From Candidatus Omnitrophota bacterium (lineage in GTDB: Bacteria > Omnitrophota > Gorgyraeia > Gygaellales > Profunditerraquicolaceae), in assembly GCA_023227985.1 (NCBI GenBank), contig JALOCB010000003.1, positions 5,260 to 69,259 on the forward strand: a stretch of 64,000 nucleotides of DNA, read 5' to 3'. A program made the translations under genes and the position numbers. This document shows, one piece after another, positions 51,472 to 62,060 of this stretch. Under the pieces are notes generated by a model. The model made no database searches, was not told the DNA's origin, and saw only the letters and a program-made list of their open reading frames with translations. Position 1 is the first letter of the stretch, and each line of letters opens with the position of its first letter.

Positions 51472-52318
51472 GTTTTTTGCGTTTGTTTTTTTAACCTTCT
51501 TCACGCTCATAACATTTGGGGCGTATGCCGCTGATGACGAAATTCTGATAGAGGGGCCGGAGAAGATGGCGAAGTTCGCCGAGCCCTGGGTGGAAAAATT
51601 CCGGCAGGATGAGCCCGGGGTTGCCATACGCTTCGCTGTGTGTACGGCGAGAGAAGGTTTTACTGACCTGTCCCTCGGGGAATGCGATATTGTTATAAAC
51701 GTGTCCCGGCCCCAAGATATCTTTAGATGGGAAGAGAGTAAGGTAAATAAAACCGTGGTGGCCGCGGAAGGGGTTGTTTTTGTGGTAAATCCGCAGAATC
51801 CGGTTGATAAGCTTACTATGAGCGAACTCGCAGATATCCTGTCAGGGGAGACGATAAATTGGGAGGATGTGGGCGGAGCATTCGGAGAGATAACCGTGTA
51901 TGGGCCTCCGGCTAATTCCTGGGTAAATGATTTTGTTGAAGAAAGCATTTTGAGCGTTTTTTCGCCTTCCGGCAAGAAAAATATCGCTTACCGGGTGAAT
52001 GATTTTCTTTCGAATGCCGAGATACGCCAACAGGTGGCCGTACAGCCGTTAGCCTTGGGTTATTATCCCGGGACCTATGTCCCCGCCGGACTGAAGATGT
52101 TATCCGTAGCGAGCCCCACTTCCGGAGAATACTTTACCCCGGTCAAAGATAAGATGCTTGATGCGCGTTATCCTGTTCAGCGCCCTGTTTTTTTCTGGAC
52201 CAGCGGGTCAAATCCCGCGGTCAGGATGTTCATCGAACGCGTTCTTTCCAGGGATTATCAGGAGATGCTTTCTGCCTATGGGTTTTATCCGGCGGCGGCG
52301 AATGACAAAAGCGAGTGA
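51461..52318 (+). CDS. PstS-like periplasmic (phosphate-type) substrate-binding protein
   Basis: Signal peptide and type-2 PBP layout (VVFVVNPQNPV..LTMSELADILSGETINWEDVGG). Confidence 0.5.
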   Translation: MRGKFFAFVFLTFFTLITFGAYAADDEILIEGPEKMAKFAEPWVEKFRQDEPGVAIRFAVCTAREGFTDLSLGECDIVINVSRPQDIFRWEESKVNKTVVAAEGVVFVVNPQNPVDKLTMSELADILSGETINWEDVGGAFGEITVYGPPANSWVNDFVEESILSVFSPSGKKNIAYRVNDFLSNAEIRQQVAVQPLALGYYPGTYVPAGLKMLSVASPTSGEYFTPVKDKMLDARYPVQRPVFFWTSGSNPAVRMFIERVLSRDYQEMLSAYGFYPAAANDKSE

Positions 52319-52341
52319 TCCATTAAAACAGAGGGGTTAAT

Positions 52342-53268
52342 ATGATCAATGAAAGCCTTAAGAATTTGTTTTCAAACATCGAAAAGGTGATCATCGGAAA
52401 ATCCGAGACCATACGCTTATTGATAATCGGGATGCTGACCAACGGACATATCCTGATCGAGGATGTCCCGGGCCTGGGCAAGACCATGCTGTCATTGGCT
52501 TTGGCCAAATCCATCGGCGGAGATTTCAAGAGGATCCAATTCACCCCGGACCTTCTGCCTTCGGATGTAACGGGGGGTTCGATCTACAACCCCAAGACCG
52601 GCGAGTTTGATTTCCGCAAGGGCCCGGTCTTCACCAATATCCTTCTGGCGGATGAAATAAACCGGACCACCCCCAGGACTCAGTCGGCGCTTTTGGAGTG
52701 TATGCAGGAAAGCCGGGTCACTCTTGACGGCCAGACCTTTGTTCTGCCCGCGCCTTTTATGGTCATCGCCACACAGAATCCTATTGAGCATCAGGGCACG
52801 TATTCTTTGCCTGAGGCGCAGGTGGACCGCTTCCTGATGAAGATCGATATGGGTTATCTCAGCACGGCCGAAGAGGTCAAGGTGATCAGCGGCCAGAAGG
52901 TCAAGCATCCTGTCGATGATGTCCTGCCGGCAATGGAACTCGTCGAAGTTCTCAGGCTGCAGGCGGAAGTAAAGAACGTGGATATCTCCGAAAATGTCCT
53001 GGAATATATCGTAAAGCTGGTATCGTCCACCCGCAGGCAGGATGATATAAAATTGGGGGCCAGCCCGCGCGCGTCCATAGCTTTGATGAAAGCGGGTTCC
53101 GCCTGGGCTTTCCTGGAAGGCCGTAATTATGTGGTCCCCGACGACATAGTAAAGCTCCTGCCGTGGGTCTTAAAACACAGGATCGTGCTGCAGCATAAGG
53201 CGCTTATCGCCGGGCATACTGCGGATTCGGTGATAAGCGAGATCATCAAAAGCGTACCAATACCATAG
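52342..53268 (+). CDS. MoxR-family AAA+ ATPase
   Basis: GHILIEDVPGLGKT, ILLADEINR, VIATQNP, RF. Confidence 0.88.
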   Translation: MINESLKNLFSNIEKVIIGKSETIRLLIIGMLTNGHILIEDVPGLGKTMLSLALAKSIGGDFKRIQFTPDLLPSDVTGGSIYNPKTGEFDFRKGPVFTNILLADEINRTTPRTQSALLECMQESRVTLDGQTFVLPAPFMVIATQNPIEHQGTYSLPEAQVDRFLMKIDMGYLSTAEEVKVISGQKVKHPVDDVLPAMELVEVLRLQAEVKNVDISENVLEYIVKLVSSTRRQDDIKLGASPRASIALMKAGSAWAFLEGRNYVVPDDIVKLLPWVLKHRIVLQHKALIAGHTADSVISEIIKSVPIP

Positions 53269-53272
53269 TTTT

Positions 53273-54523
53273 ATGTTCAGGAAATGCGCGGTAAAATGGG
53301 GTTTTCTGCTGTTGATCGCGGCCGCTAATTTTATCATCGGCTACAGGACTTCCATAAAATTCTTCTATTTTTTCTTCGGGTTCCTCTTTTGTTTTATCTT
53401 TCTTTCATTATTCTACGCCTTCCTGTCCGCGTTTATAGCCAGAATATCGTTTACGCGTAAAGCCGGCGCTAAAGTAGTTGAAGACGACGCCCTCGAGATT
53501 GAGGTAACGCTTAGCAACAAAACAATATTGCCGTTGTTTAACGTGGTTATGGAAGACGCGCTGCCTTGCGCCGCGCCGGGGGGGAAGGCTGAATTTATCT
53601 TTTTTGACGGCCTTGCCCCAGGCTCCACCCTGGTGATCAAATACAACTGTGCCTGTCCGGACAGGGGCATATATATGTTAGGCCCTTTTAAGGCGTATTT
53701 TTTCGATCCCCTGGGCCTGTTTTTCTTTGAAAAGCGGTATAACGTATATTCCCAGGTCTATGTTTATCCCAGGGTGTTCCCTATATACAAATTCCCGCGT
53801 TTAGCTAAGGGCGTCCAGCCGTGGTTCGGCATAAATACCGCACGTTCTAGCGGGGATGAGGACGAGTTCTTCGGGGTCAGGGAATATAAGGATGGCGATC
53901 CGATAAAACGGATACACTGGCCTTCTACCGCTAAAAAGAACCGGCTGATAGTAAAACAATTCCAGAACCAGAGTTTTCACCGGGCGACGGTCATATTCAA
54001 TCTGGAAAAGGATAAGGACTACGGCCAGGGCAAGGAAAGTATTGCCGAATACACCGTAAGAATAGCCGCTTCGGTATGCAAATATCTTTTTGACAGCAAT
54101 GTATCGATAGAAATGATCGCGCACGCCGGCGAGATCGTCCATATTCCGTTCAACCGGGGTTCGGAACACTTGGATAATATCTTTAAATTCCTGGCTATGG
54201 CCAGGCCGGAAAGCGGGGTGGGGCTGGCCGAGATAATCCCGGAATTCCTGAGTTATATCCCTGACGATACCACATTGATAATTGTAGCTACAGTAGAGGA
54301 CCTGGGTTATATCGCCCAGATGCTTCCTTTGGCCAAAGGCAATATATCGCTTATTCCGCTGGTCTTGATATCATCCACGTTCCTGGAGCCTTCCGGCAAA
54401 CTGGAAAAAGCGGATATCCTCAAAGATATAAATATACACATCCCGGGGTTAGTTAATTTTAATCCGGTGTTCTTTACCTGCGGGGTCTCGCCGCAAGAAA
54501 GCTTCCTGAAGATAAGTCAATGA
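53273..54523 (+). CDS. DUF58-family protein (MoxR partner)
   Basis: N-terminal TMs. SGDEDEFFGVREYKDGDPIKRIHW signature. Confidence 0.8.
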   Translation: MFRKCAVKWGFLLLIAAANFIIGYRTSIKFFYFFFGFLFCFIFLSLFYAFLSAFIARISFTRKAGAKVVEDDALEIEVTLSNKTILPLFNVVMEDALPCAAPGGKAEFIFFDGLAPGSTLVIKYNCACPDRGIYMLGPFKAYFFDPLGLFFFEKRYNVYSQVYVYPRVFPIYKFPRLAKGVQPWFGINTARSSGDEDEFFGVREYKDGDPIKRIHWPSTAKKNRLIVKQFQNQSFHRATVIFNLEKDKDYGQGKESIAEYTVRIAASVCKYLFDSNVSIEMIAHAGEIVHIPFNRGSEHLDNIFKFLAMARPESGVGLAEIIPEFLSYIPDDTTLIIVATVEDLGYIAQMLPLAKGNISLIPLVLISSTFLEPSGKLEKADILKDINIHIPGLVNFNPVFFTCGVSPQESFLKISQ

Positions 54524-57363
54524 AAGAAAAAGACCGTTTTCTGTCAGTTGAAATGTTTATTACCGCCTGCCTTGTGTGCTCTGCCGCTTTTCTGGTAGAG
54601 CGGCAGGTATCGTTTTATTTCCCGCTTTTGATAATAGGCCTTGCTTGCGGTTTGAGCTTCAGTTGGCTGACGCGGAACAAAGCTGTAACTTGGTTGAATA
54701 GCGCGATCGGCGTAAGCGCGGTGATTATTTTATCCTGGCTGGTTTTTTCAGTTTATACTTCTTCTTTTGTTTACCGTGGTGTGGTCGCTTTATGCCTGAA
54801 AGGGATGATCGCGCTGATCATCGTCTTAAGTTTTAACGCCGCCTCGCCAAGGGTGCTTTCCGACATACAGGCATTAAGCCTGCCGTTATTTATGGGCCAC
54901 GCGGTTTGGTTAAGGCAATATTCCGGTGAAGCCGCTTTCGCGGTGCTGGCTTATCTTGTCTTTGGGGCGTTTGTTCTTAAAGTCAAATTCCGGGGTTCAT
55001 TTAAGAACGTTTCCCCGGAGCTCTTTCAGGGCAACCGGTCTTTTTTGATACTTATATCGTTTTTTCTTTGTTCCATCTCCGGCGCCTGGATGATCGCGTC
55101 AAATTGCAAAAAAACTGACCTGAGCGGCGGGGTCCTGCGTGTCGCCGGCGCAGGCGGGTATTCCCCGGCGGAGGAAATGGATAAACAGAATTACGAACTG
55201 CAGGATAAATTGCAAGAGCGGATGCAGCGCTTGATATTGAGATCCGGCTCGGGTGGGGGAAGCCCGGCGGTGTTTTCCGCTTTAAGCGTTTTGTTGAATA
55301 AAGAAAGCGCTGTCCTTGATCTGGATAGGGCTGAACAGTCCCTGGCGGATTTTATCAGGGGAAGCGGGTATATCAAGGGCGATGAGCTGGTTACGCTGGA
55401 AAGCAGTTTGGACAGGAAGATAGCTTATAATAGCGGCAAGATCCGGGATGATATAAACAACAGCCTTAGAAAGAGCCCGTTCAATATTAAGGACAGGATG
55501 AAAATTTTAAGCAGGCTTGACCGGTTTGACAGCCGGGATCCATCCCCTGCGTTTTTTGATCTGGAAGGGGATATCCAGGATGTGATTCAGAGTTCCTCAT
55601 TTGCCTCCGGGCTGAAGAAAGAAATATCGGAATTGGCCTCCTCGCTTAAGGATTGGAAATCCCTGGCGCTTTACCGCGAAAAGAATAAATCGCTAAAGGG
55701 GCGCGTGGAACTGTTGAAAAAAGGATTAAAAGAGGAAATCGCCAAGCTGCTCTGGCAAGTCGGTAAAGCCCGGGAGCCCGCGGATGTCAGGGAAATAGCC
55801 GCGGAGATCGAAAGGCTTAAAAAAGGCCTGTCCGGCGATACTCGGGATATCGTTAATGGGATAAAAGAGTCGCTGGACCTGAAAGCCGGGATGATCATCT
55901 CTGAGGGGTTCCGGGAATCCGGAGAAAAGCTTAAGGCTTTAGGTTTATCCGAAGATGACCAAAGGATCGTTCAAAAGGGCATAGATAATCTTAAGAAAAC
56001 CCGGGATCACCGGGATTTTCTGAAAAAATACGAGGAATTAGAAAGAGTATTAGAGGATAATGATCTGCGGTCCGATGGGTTAATAGGGAAAAGCGTTGAG
56101 GCTTTAAGAGAAAACTTTATCAGAAAGATAAAAAACAGGATCGCTCAGGCGTTGGAAGGGAGCGGGCTGCCTGACAACGGGGAAAAGATCATGAGCTTGG
56201 TGCGGGGAATGGAGTCATCCGGGACAGCGCAGGGATTGGATAATTCCGCCGGTAAGGCCAAAGGCCTGGTTGATGACGCCAAGAGCAAAGGTTTTATTAC
56301 CGAGGAGACAGGGGGCGATATTAAAGGGGGTATTGACGGGATTACCGGGTTGATGAAAGAGCAAAAGGATGTTTCTGCCCAAGGCGGCCAAGATGTGTCT
56401 GAGCCGGAAAGCGCGATCAGAGCACAGACCGATAGTATCGGCTCTAGTCTGGAACAAAGCGGGCTTGCTGACTCCGGCGAAGATATTATGAATTTGGTAA
56501 GGTATATGGCGTCAGCCGGGTCTGAGCAGGATCTTAATGACGCCGCAGATGAAGCCGAAGTCAGGGAAGGGGACGCGGAAAATGGAACATTATCTGATGA
56601 TTATCAGCAAAGTATGCTTTCTGCCATTAAAGGATCGGATCTGGGTGAAGATGAACAAAAGGCTTTAAGCCGTTTAACCGAAGGGTTATTTAAAGCCCAG
56701 ACAATAGCGCAGATGGAAAAGTCGAACGAAGGAGTAAAAGAGCAGGTTAGATCGTTGAGACAAGGCGTTTCCGAAAAAGACTGGCCGGATAAGTTCGCTG
56801 CTGAATTCCAGGAAATCAAGGATATGCTTAAGATGATCAAGATAGGGGAGCGGAATGTCCGGTTAAGGAATACGCTGGAACAATTGAAAAGCATTGATCC
56901 GGATAACGCCGAGGGGTTCGCGGAACAGATGGATAAAATCGTAAAAAGCAAGACCGCGGAAGAGGCGGATGAGGAAATTAAAAAGCTTGAACAAAGTCTG
57001 AAGAACAATCCGGGCTTTCTGTTTAATAAATCTTTTAAAAAAAACGAACCCTCCCCCGGGTTGCGGATCGATCTTCTCCCCCGCCGGGTCGTTATGCCTA
57101 AAGGCGGGTATATTTTTTTGCGGCCTGTCGCGGTTTATGACGGCGTAGATATAAGGGATATAAGCGCTGAAGTGGAATGGGTTTCCCGGGAACCGGTAAT
57201 AGCGCGCGTGGATAAAAGAGGCGCGGTAACCGCTTTAGCCCCCGGCGATACGATGGTCTTCTGCCGGTTTAAAGGTGTCGAAAGTCAAAAGGCCCGGATA
57301 AAAGTTATCGCGGCTATCGGGGAAGATGTTTATAAAACCCTTAAAAGAGAGTTGGAAAAGTGA
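54520..57363 (+). CDS. Large membrane protein: N-terminal multi-TM region + about 600 aa charged helical region + C-terminal Ig-like (Big_2-type) domain
   Basis: 947 aa, translationally coupled (overlapping stop/start) with the genes on both sides. I could find no transglutaminase Cys-His-Asp core. Confidence 0.55.
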   Translation: MKEKDRFLSVEMFITACLVCSAAFLVERQVSFYFPLLIIGLACGLSFSWLTRNKAVTWLNSAIGVSAVIILSWLVFSVYTSSFVYRGVVALCLKGMIALIIVLSFNAASPRVLSDIQALSLPLFMGHAVWLRQYSGEAAFAVLAYLVFGAFVLKVKFRGSFKNVSPELFQGNRSFLILISFFLCSISGAWMIASNCKKTDLSGGVLRVAGAGGYSPAEEMDKQNYELQDKLQERMQRLILRSGSGGGSPAVFSALSVLLNKESAVLDLDRAEQSLADFIRGSGYIKGDELVTLESSLDRKIAYNSGKIRDDINNSLRKSPFNIKDRMKILSRLDRFDSRDPSPAFFDLEGDIQDVIQSSSFASGLKKEISELASSLKDWKSLALYREKNKSLKGRVELLKKGLKEEIAKLLWQVGKAREPADVREIAAEIERLKKGLSGDTRDIVNGIKESLDLKAGMIISEGFRESGEKLKALGLSEDDQRIVQKGIDNLKKTRDHRDFLKKYEELERVLEDNDLRSDGLIGKSVEALRENFIRKIKNRIAQALEGSGLPDNGEKIMSLVRGMESSGTAQGLDNSAGKAKGLVDDAKSKGFITEETGGDIKGGIDGITGLMKEQKDVSAQGGQDVSEPESAIRAQTDSIGSSLEQSGLADSGEDIMNLVRYMASAGSEQDLNDAADEAEVREGDAENGTLSDDYQQSMLSAIKGSDLGEDEQKALSRLTEGLFKAQTIAQMEKSNEGVKEQVRSLRQGVSEKDWPDKFAAEFQEIKDMLKMIKIGERNVRLRNTLEQLKSIDPDNAEGFAEQMDKIVKSKTAEEADEEIKKLEQSLKNNPGFLFNKSFKKNEPSPGLRIDLLPRRVVMPKGGYIFLRPVAVYDGVDIRDISAEVEWVSREPVIARVDKRGAVTALAPGDTMVFCRFKGVESQKARIKVIAAIGEDVYKTLKRELEK

Positions 57364-59600
57364 AACGGGCAAGCGTGAAATACAGGATGGATCTTGTCGC
57401 TCTGGCGTTATTTTGCTGCATATGGTTTTTTGCTTATTGCCAGTCGGCAGAAGCCGGGGAAATCCAGACTTCAAAGGGCAAAGTCATCACCGGCATCGAT
57501 ACGGATGAGGCACTCAAGAAATACGGCATGCCTGATTCTATCCGCGATGATTTTTGGTATTATTCTCCCCCGCGGGAATTTTTTATTTATTTCCCGGGCA
57601 AGACTGAGCAGGTTTATCTTTATCCGCAGGCCTGCAAATCCCCTCCGGGAGAAGCGATAGCGTTCCGGGTATTTGCCGGTACCCCGGAATCCGGGATAAC
57701 CGATGTTAGCGCGGATTCGAAAATACTGGTTAGTGACCCTAAGGCCTGCAAGGTCACTGGGCGAAACGTTGTTATCCCGCGATATACCGGCGAGTATCAG
57801 GTTTTTGCCGGGTATAATGGGAGATTGAGCGGCCCGGCTTATCTTAGCTGCAAAGAAGTAGAGCGGCAAGAAGGCAAAAAGGTAATTATAAATGTCCTGC
57901 CGTATAAAGCGCGAGTCCCTATGGGCAGAGTTACCGAATTTACGGCATTAGGGGTTTTTCCTCTTGAAGGATATACGGTAAAGGATATCAGCGCCAAGGC
58001 CAAATGGTTTATCCGTCAAGACACTAATGTTATGCCTTGCCGGAATAATACACTTTCTTTTTCTTCCGCGGGCAAGTTCGATGTTTTCTGTGAATACGCG
58101 GATGAGCAAAGTCCGGTTCAGCCTGTCTATGCCAGGAAAAGCCGCGATAATCCGCCGCATATTCTGAGGAATATACTTCTTTTACCTGAATCAGTCAAGC
58201 TTAAAGTAAAACAAACGGTGTTTCTGAAAGCCTTCGGGACATACTATGATAATAAAGTGGTTGATATCACCGCGGATGTGCGCTGGTTGATTTCCGATAA
58301 AAAAATAGGGAATATACTGCAAAACGGTGTCTTTTACGCCCGGACCCCGGGAAGCACCGAGATAACCGCCAGTTTTGCCGGCCGCCTGAAGAGTTTGCCT
58401 ATAAGAATATCCGTTAGAGAATCCGTTGATCCCGAGAGAAATAGGACCAAGTCTGATAAGCCGCCGGAGAAAGACCCCGACGAGGATAAAAATAAAGATA
58501 ATGATAATGAAACGCCCCTGAACCGGCCCGGCCAGGAGGATGCCGATGACCCGGTCCGGCAAACTCAGAACGATGGCAATCGGATGAATGGCAAGGCGTT
58601 AAAAAAACAGGTTAAATTGGTCCGGATAAAGATATCCCCCGGGGATCTTAAAGTGCCTTCCGGCAAAGAAGCCGGATTAAAGGCTGTCGCTATATACAGT
58701 GACGGAAGGGAAAAAGATATTACTTCGGTTGGTGATTGGGCGGCGCGTGATGAAAACATCGCTGTTGTTGCCCAGGGCAGACTTTCCGGATTGTCCGCCG
58801 GAAAAACTAATGTCAGCGTGAAGATGCGGGGAGTGGAAAGCGAGCCTGTGCCGGTCACGGTTACGGGCCCGGACCTGCTTTCTATAATAGTTGCTCCGCA
58901 GAAAGCTAAATTATCCCGCCTTGACCGGATGCGATTAAAAGCGCAAGGTTATTATTCGGATTTTTCGTTTAAGGATATAACTTTACAAGCGGCTTGGCCG
59001 GTCACCGGACGGCGGATATTGAAAGTCGAGAAGTCCGTGATCATTCCTTTGGGATTCGGTAAAACTGTGATCAACGCCGAATATGCCGGGGTAAGATCGC
59101 TTCCGGTGAGCGTTGAGATAGTTTTTACCTGGGCCTGGTTTTGGCGGGTATGCCGCATGATTCTGGCGCAACTTGTTTTGGTTTTATTTTTATTGTTTCT
59201 CATATTTTATCTGATGATCAAACACAAGGCTAAAAAGATCCTCGGGCTCAAGGACAATCCCCGGGGATTTATCAGCGCGGCCTACAATAATTTGAAGCGG
59301 GTTATGGGTATATTTGGTTTTCAGGACCGGCCAGGCCAGGCGCCATTGACCTTTGCCAGGCTGGCCGAAGAAAAATTCCGCATAAAAGGCCGGGTATTTA
59401 TCAGCTTGACCGAGAAATTGGAGGAAGCCTTGTATAGCCGAAATTCGCTTAGCTTTGAAGACGTTAATTCAGCCAATTTGTATTATGAACTGGCATTGAA
59501 AGATATATCGGCTAATTATGGAAAGGTTTCCCTGGCGCTTAAATACCTGCGGGCTTTGGTAAAAATGACCCCTTTCGCATTGAAAACGACAAAATATTGA
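57360..59600 (+). CDS. Secreted multi-Ig-like (Big_2-type) repeat protein with C-terminal TM and DUF4129-like tail
   Basis: Signal peptide. Several ~90-aa repeats ending ..S.P..V.V. TM WFWRVCRMILAQLVLVLFLLFLIFYLMI. The tail resembles DUF4129. Confidence 0.55.
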   Translation: MKRASVKYRMDLVALALFCCIWFFAYCQSAEAGEIQTSKGKVITGIDTDEALKKYGMPDSIRDDFWYYSPPREFFIYFPGKTEQVYLYPQACKSPPGEAIAFRVFAGTPESGITDVSADSKILVSDPKACKVTGRNVVIPRYTGEYQVFAGYNGRLSGPAYLSCKEVERQEGKKVIINVLPYKARVPMGRVTEFTALGVFPLEGYTVKDISAKAKWFIRQDTNVMPCRNNTLSFSSAGKFDVFCEYADEQSPVQPVYARKSRDNPPHILRNILLLPESVKLKVKQTVFLKAFGTYYDNKVVDITADVRWLISDKKIGNILQNGVFYARTPGSTEITASFAGRLKSLPIRISVRESVDPERNRTKSDKPPEKDPDEDKNKDNDNETPLNRPGQEDADDPVRQTQNDGNRMNGKALKKQVKLVRIKISPGDLKVPSGKEAGLKAVAIYSDGREKDITSVGDWAARDENIAVVAQGRLSGLSAGKTNVSVKMRGVESEPVPVTVTGPDLLSIIVAPQKAKLSRLDRMRLKAQGYYSDFSFKDITLQAAWPVTGRRILKVEKSVIIPLGFGKTVINAEYAGVRSLPVSVEIVFTWAWFWRVCRMILAQLVLVLFLLFLIFYLMIKHKAKKILGLKDNPRGFISAAYNNLKRVMGIFGFQDRPGQAPLTFARLAEEKFRIKGRVFISLTEKLEEALYSRNSLSFEDVNSANLYYELALKDISANYGKVSLALKYLRALVKMTPFALKTTKY

Positions 59601-59685
59601 TTTTACCTGGTTTAAATGGTATAATCCATCAATATTAAGTAATCTTAAGCAAGACAGCGTTATTTCAGTTGAGGTGCGATAAAAT

Positions 59686-61293
59686 ATGGTTCAGGATCTT
59701 ATTTTTGGGGTAGTGGGCGGTCTCGGCTTGTTTATATATGGGATAAACGAGATGAGCGAGGGCCTGCATAAAGCCTGCGGGGACAGGATGCGCAGGATAC
59801 TGCATAACCTTACCGGCAATCCTGTAAAAGGCGTTTTAGTCGGAGCGTGTATCACTTCGGTCATTCAGTCTTCTTCCGCCACTACTGTTATGGTCGTGGG
59901 GTTTGTTAATGCAGGGTTAATGAATATGATCCAGGCTTTAGGGGTTATATTCGGCGCCAATATCGGAACGACAATAACCGGGCAATTGATCGCTTTCCGG
60001 CTTACCGCATACGCGCTTCCTATTATAGGCTTGGGCATGCTTATTTTATTGGTTTGCCCGAAGAAAAAGCATAAATATATCGGCGAGTTCTTGCTGGGTT
60101 TTGGCATTCTTTTTTTGGGGTTGAATATACTTACCGGCGTAGTAGAACCTCTTGGCCAGTATCCGTGGTTCAAGAATATATTCATCAGTTTCAGTAAAAA
60201 CCCCTTTTTAGGGATATTGGCCGGTTTTGTGGTCACCGCCACCTTGCAGAGCAGCTCGGTTGGGACCGGTATGGTAATCGGTTTGGCAATGGTAAACCTG
60301 ATCGATCTAAAGGCGGCAATACCGCTAGTATTGGGCTGCGATATCGGGACTTGCGTTACGGCGTTGATCGCTTCAGTGAACACGAATATTGCCGCGAAGC
60401 GGGTCGCGGTAGGCCATATATTGTTTAATATCATCGGCGCGCTGATATTCCTGCCGTTTCTGGGGGTATTTGAAAACCTGGCTATTCATACATCGAGCAT
60501 GCTGCCCCGGCAGATCGCTAACGCGAATACCTTGTTTAAGATAATAAATACGGTTATATTTCTGGTATTTGTGAAGTATTACGCGGCTTTTCTCACGAAA
60601 ATAGTGAAAGGCAAGGAAGAAGAGGATGTCGATTATTTGCCTAAATACCTGGAACGGCATCTGCTGAATACTCCACCCATAGCTATTGAAGCCGCGATCA
60701 AAGAGATCGTCAGGGTTATGTATTTGACCAAAAAAATGGTCAATGCCGCTATGAACGGTTTATTGAGGAATGAAAACAAGAACCTGGAAAAGATCGTCCG
60801 CAACGAAGAGGCGGTCGATTCTTTGAGGGACGCGATCACGAATTATCTGGTTGAGATCATGCAGCAGGAATTAAGCCCGCAGGAATCGAAAAAGATACCG
60901 CCGCTTATCCACGCGATCAATGATGTGGAAAGGATCGGCGACCACGCGGAGAATTTAAGAGCCTTGGCTGAACAGAGGATCGACAGCAATATTTCTCTTT
61001 CCCGGGAAGCGCTGGATGAATTAAGAACGATGTTTGTTGATTTGAACCTGATGATCGACAGCGCGATCGGCGCCTTGTCTTCGAATAACATTGATGAGGC
61101 GAAGAAAGTGCTCGATCAGGAGCCGGAGATCAATACATTAAGAGACAGGTTAAAGAACAACCATGTAAAACGCCTTGAAAACCGGGTTTGTAATGTCCCT
61201 TCCGGGGTGATTTTTCTGGATACTATAAACAACCTGGAAAAGATCGGGGATCATCTTGTTAATGTGGCTCAAGCCGTAAAACAGGGGTTATGA
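59686..61293 (+). CDS. Na+/phosphate cotransporter family protein with C-terminal PhoU-like repeats
   Basis: Duplicated QSSSATT / LQSSSVG motifs. Two ERIGDH / EKIGDH PhoU motifs. Confidence 0.82.
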   Translation: MVQDLIFGVVGGLGLFIYGINEMSEGLHKACGDRMRRILHNLTGNPVKGVLVGACITSVIQSSSATTVMVVGFVNAGLMNMIQALGVIFGANIGTTITGQLIAFRLTAYALPIIGLGMLILLVCPKKKHKYIGEFLLGFGILFLGLNILTGVVEPLGQYPWFKNIFISFSKNPFLGILAGFVVTATLQSSSVGTGMVIGLAMVNLIDLKAAIPLVLGCDIGTCVTALIASVNTNIAAKRVAVGHILFNIIGALIFLPFLGVFENLAIHTSSMLPRQIANANTLFKIINTVIFLVFVKYYAAFLTKIVKGKEEEDVDYLPKYLERHLLNTPPIAIEAAIKEIVRVMYLTKKMVNAAMNGLLRNENKNLEKIVRNEEAVDSLRDAITNYLVEIMQQELSPQESKKIPPLIHAINDVERIGDHAENLRALAEQRIDSNISLSREALDELRTMFVDLNLMIDSAIGALSSNNIDEAKKVLDQEPEINTLRDRLKNNHVKRLENRVCNVPSGVIFLDTINNLEKIGDHLVNVAQAVKQGL

Positions 61294-61330
61294 TAAAAGG
61301 TCTGTTCCGGTCTCGGGCCTGTTCAGTTCA

Positions 61331-62047
61331 ATGAAGATCAAGATCATAAAATGGATCAAGAAACAGGTGTCCCGGGCTAAAGCGGGCGGTTTGGTTTTAG
61401 GCTTAAGCGGAGGATTGGATTCCTGCGTAGCCGCTGTCCTGGCAATTAAAGCCTTGGGAAAGAACAGGGTTTTGAGTTTGATATTGCCCTGTCACAGCCA
61501 TAATAACGACTTAAAGCATGCCCGGATGGTCAGCCGGAAATTCGGCATAAAGAATAAGGTTATTGATCTTTCAGGGATATATGACAGCCTTTTGAAAGCC
61601 TTGCCGGCTGCGGACAGGATGACCCGGGCTAATCTCAGGCCCAGGCTGCGGATGATGGTCCTTTATTATTTTGCCCGGAAATTAAAGTACCTGGTCTGCG
61701 GGACGAGCAATAAATCCGAATTAATGACCGGTTATTTCACGAAGTACGGGGATGGGGCCAGCGATATCCTGCCTATTGGGGATCTGGTGAAATCCCGGGT
61801 CAAGGCATTGGCGCGTGAGCTGGGCATACCCGAAGCAGTCATAGCTAAACCGCCTACAGCCGGACTCTGGGACGGCCAGACCGATGAAGCGGACCTGGGC
61901 ATTACTTATCTGGAACTGGATGATATTCTGTTGCGCCTGGGAAAAAGGCGTAAACAGGTCATTGCCGGAGCTAAGGTCAATAAGGTAAAGAGGCTTATTA
62001 AGAATTCCGAACATAAAAGGCATAAGCCTGCTGTTTGCAGAATATAG
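61331..62047 (+). CDS. nadE: Ammonia-dependent NAD+ synthetase
   Basis: PP-loop GLSGGLDS, GTSNKSELMTGYFTKYGDG. Confidence 0.82.
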   Translation: MKIKIIKWIKKQVSRAKAGGLVLGLSGGLDSCVAAVLAIKALGKNRVLSLILPCHSHNNDLKHARMVSRKFGIKNKVIDLSGIYDSLLKALPAADRMTRANLRPRLRMMVLYYFARKLKYLVCGTSNKSELMTGYFTKYGDGASDILPIGDLVKSRVKALARELGIPEAVIAKPPTAGLWDGQTDEADLGITYLELDDILLRLGKRRKQVIAGAKVNKVKRLIKNSEHKRHKPAVCRI

Positions 62048-62060
62048 CCAAAACGGAGGG

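Noticed and set aside
56148-56600. Internal repeat with a period of about 100 aa in the 947-aa MoxR-operon protein (ALEGSGLPDNGEKIMSLVRGMESSG.. versus SLEQSGLADSGEDIMNLVRYMASAG..).
   Set aside because: It is a real but ordinary intragenic duplication in a low-complexity charged region, with no further structure or function inferable.
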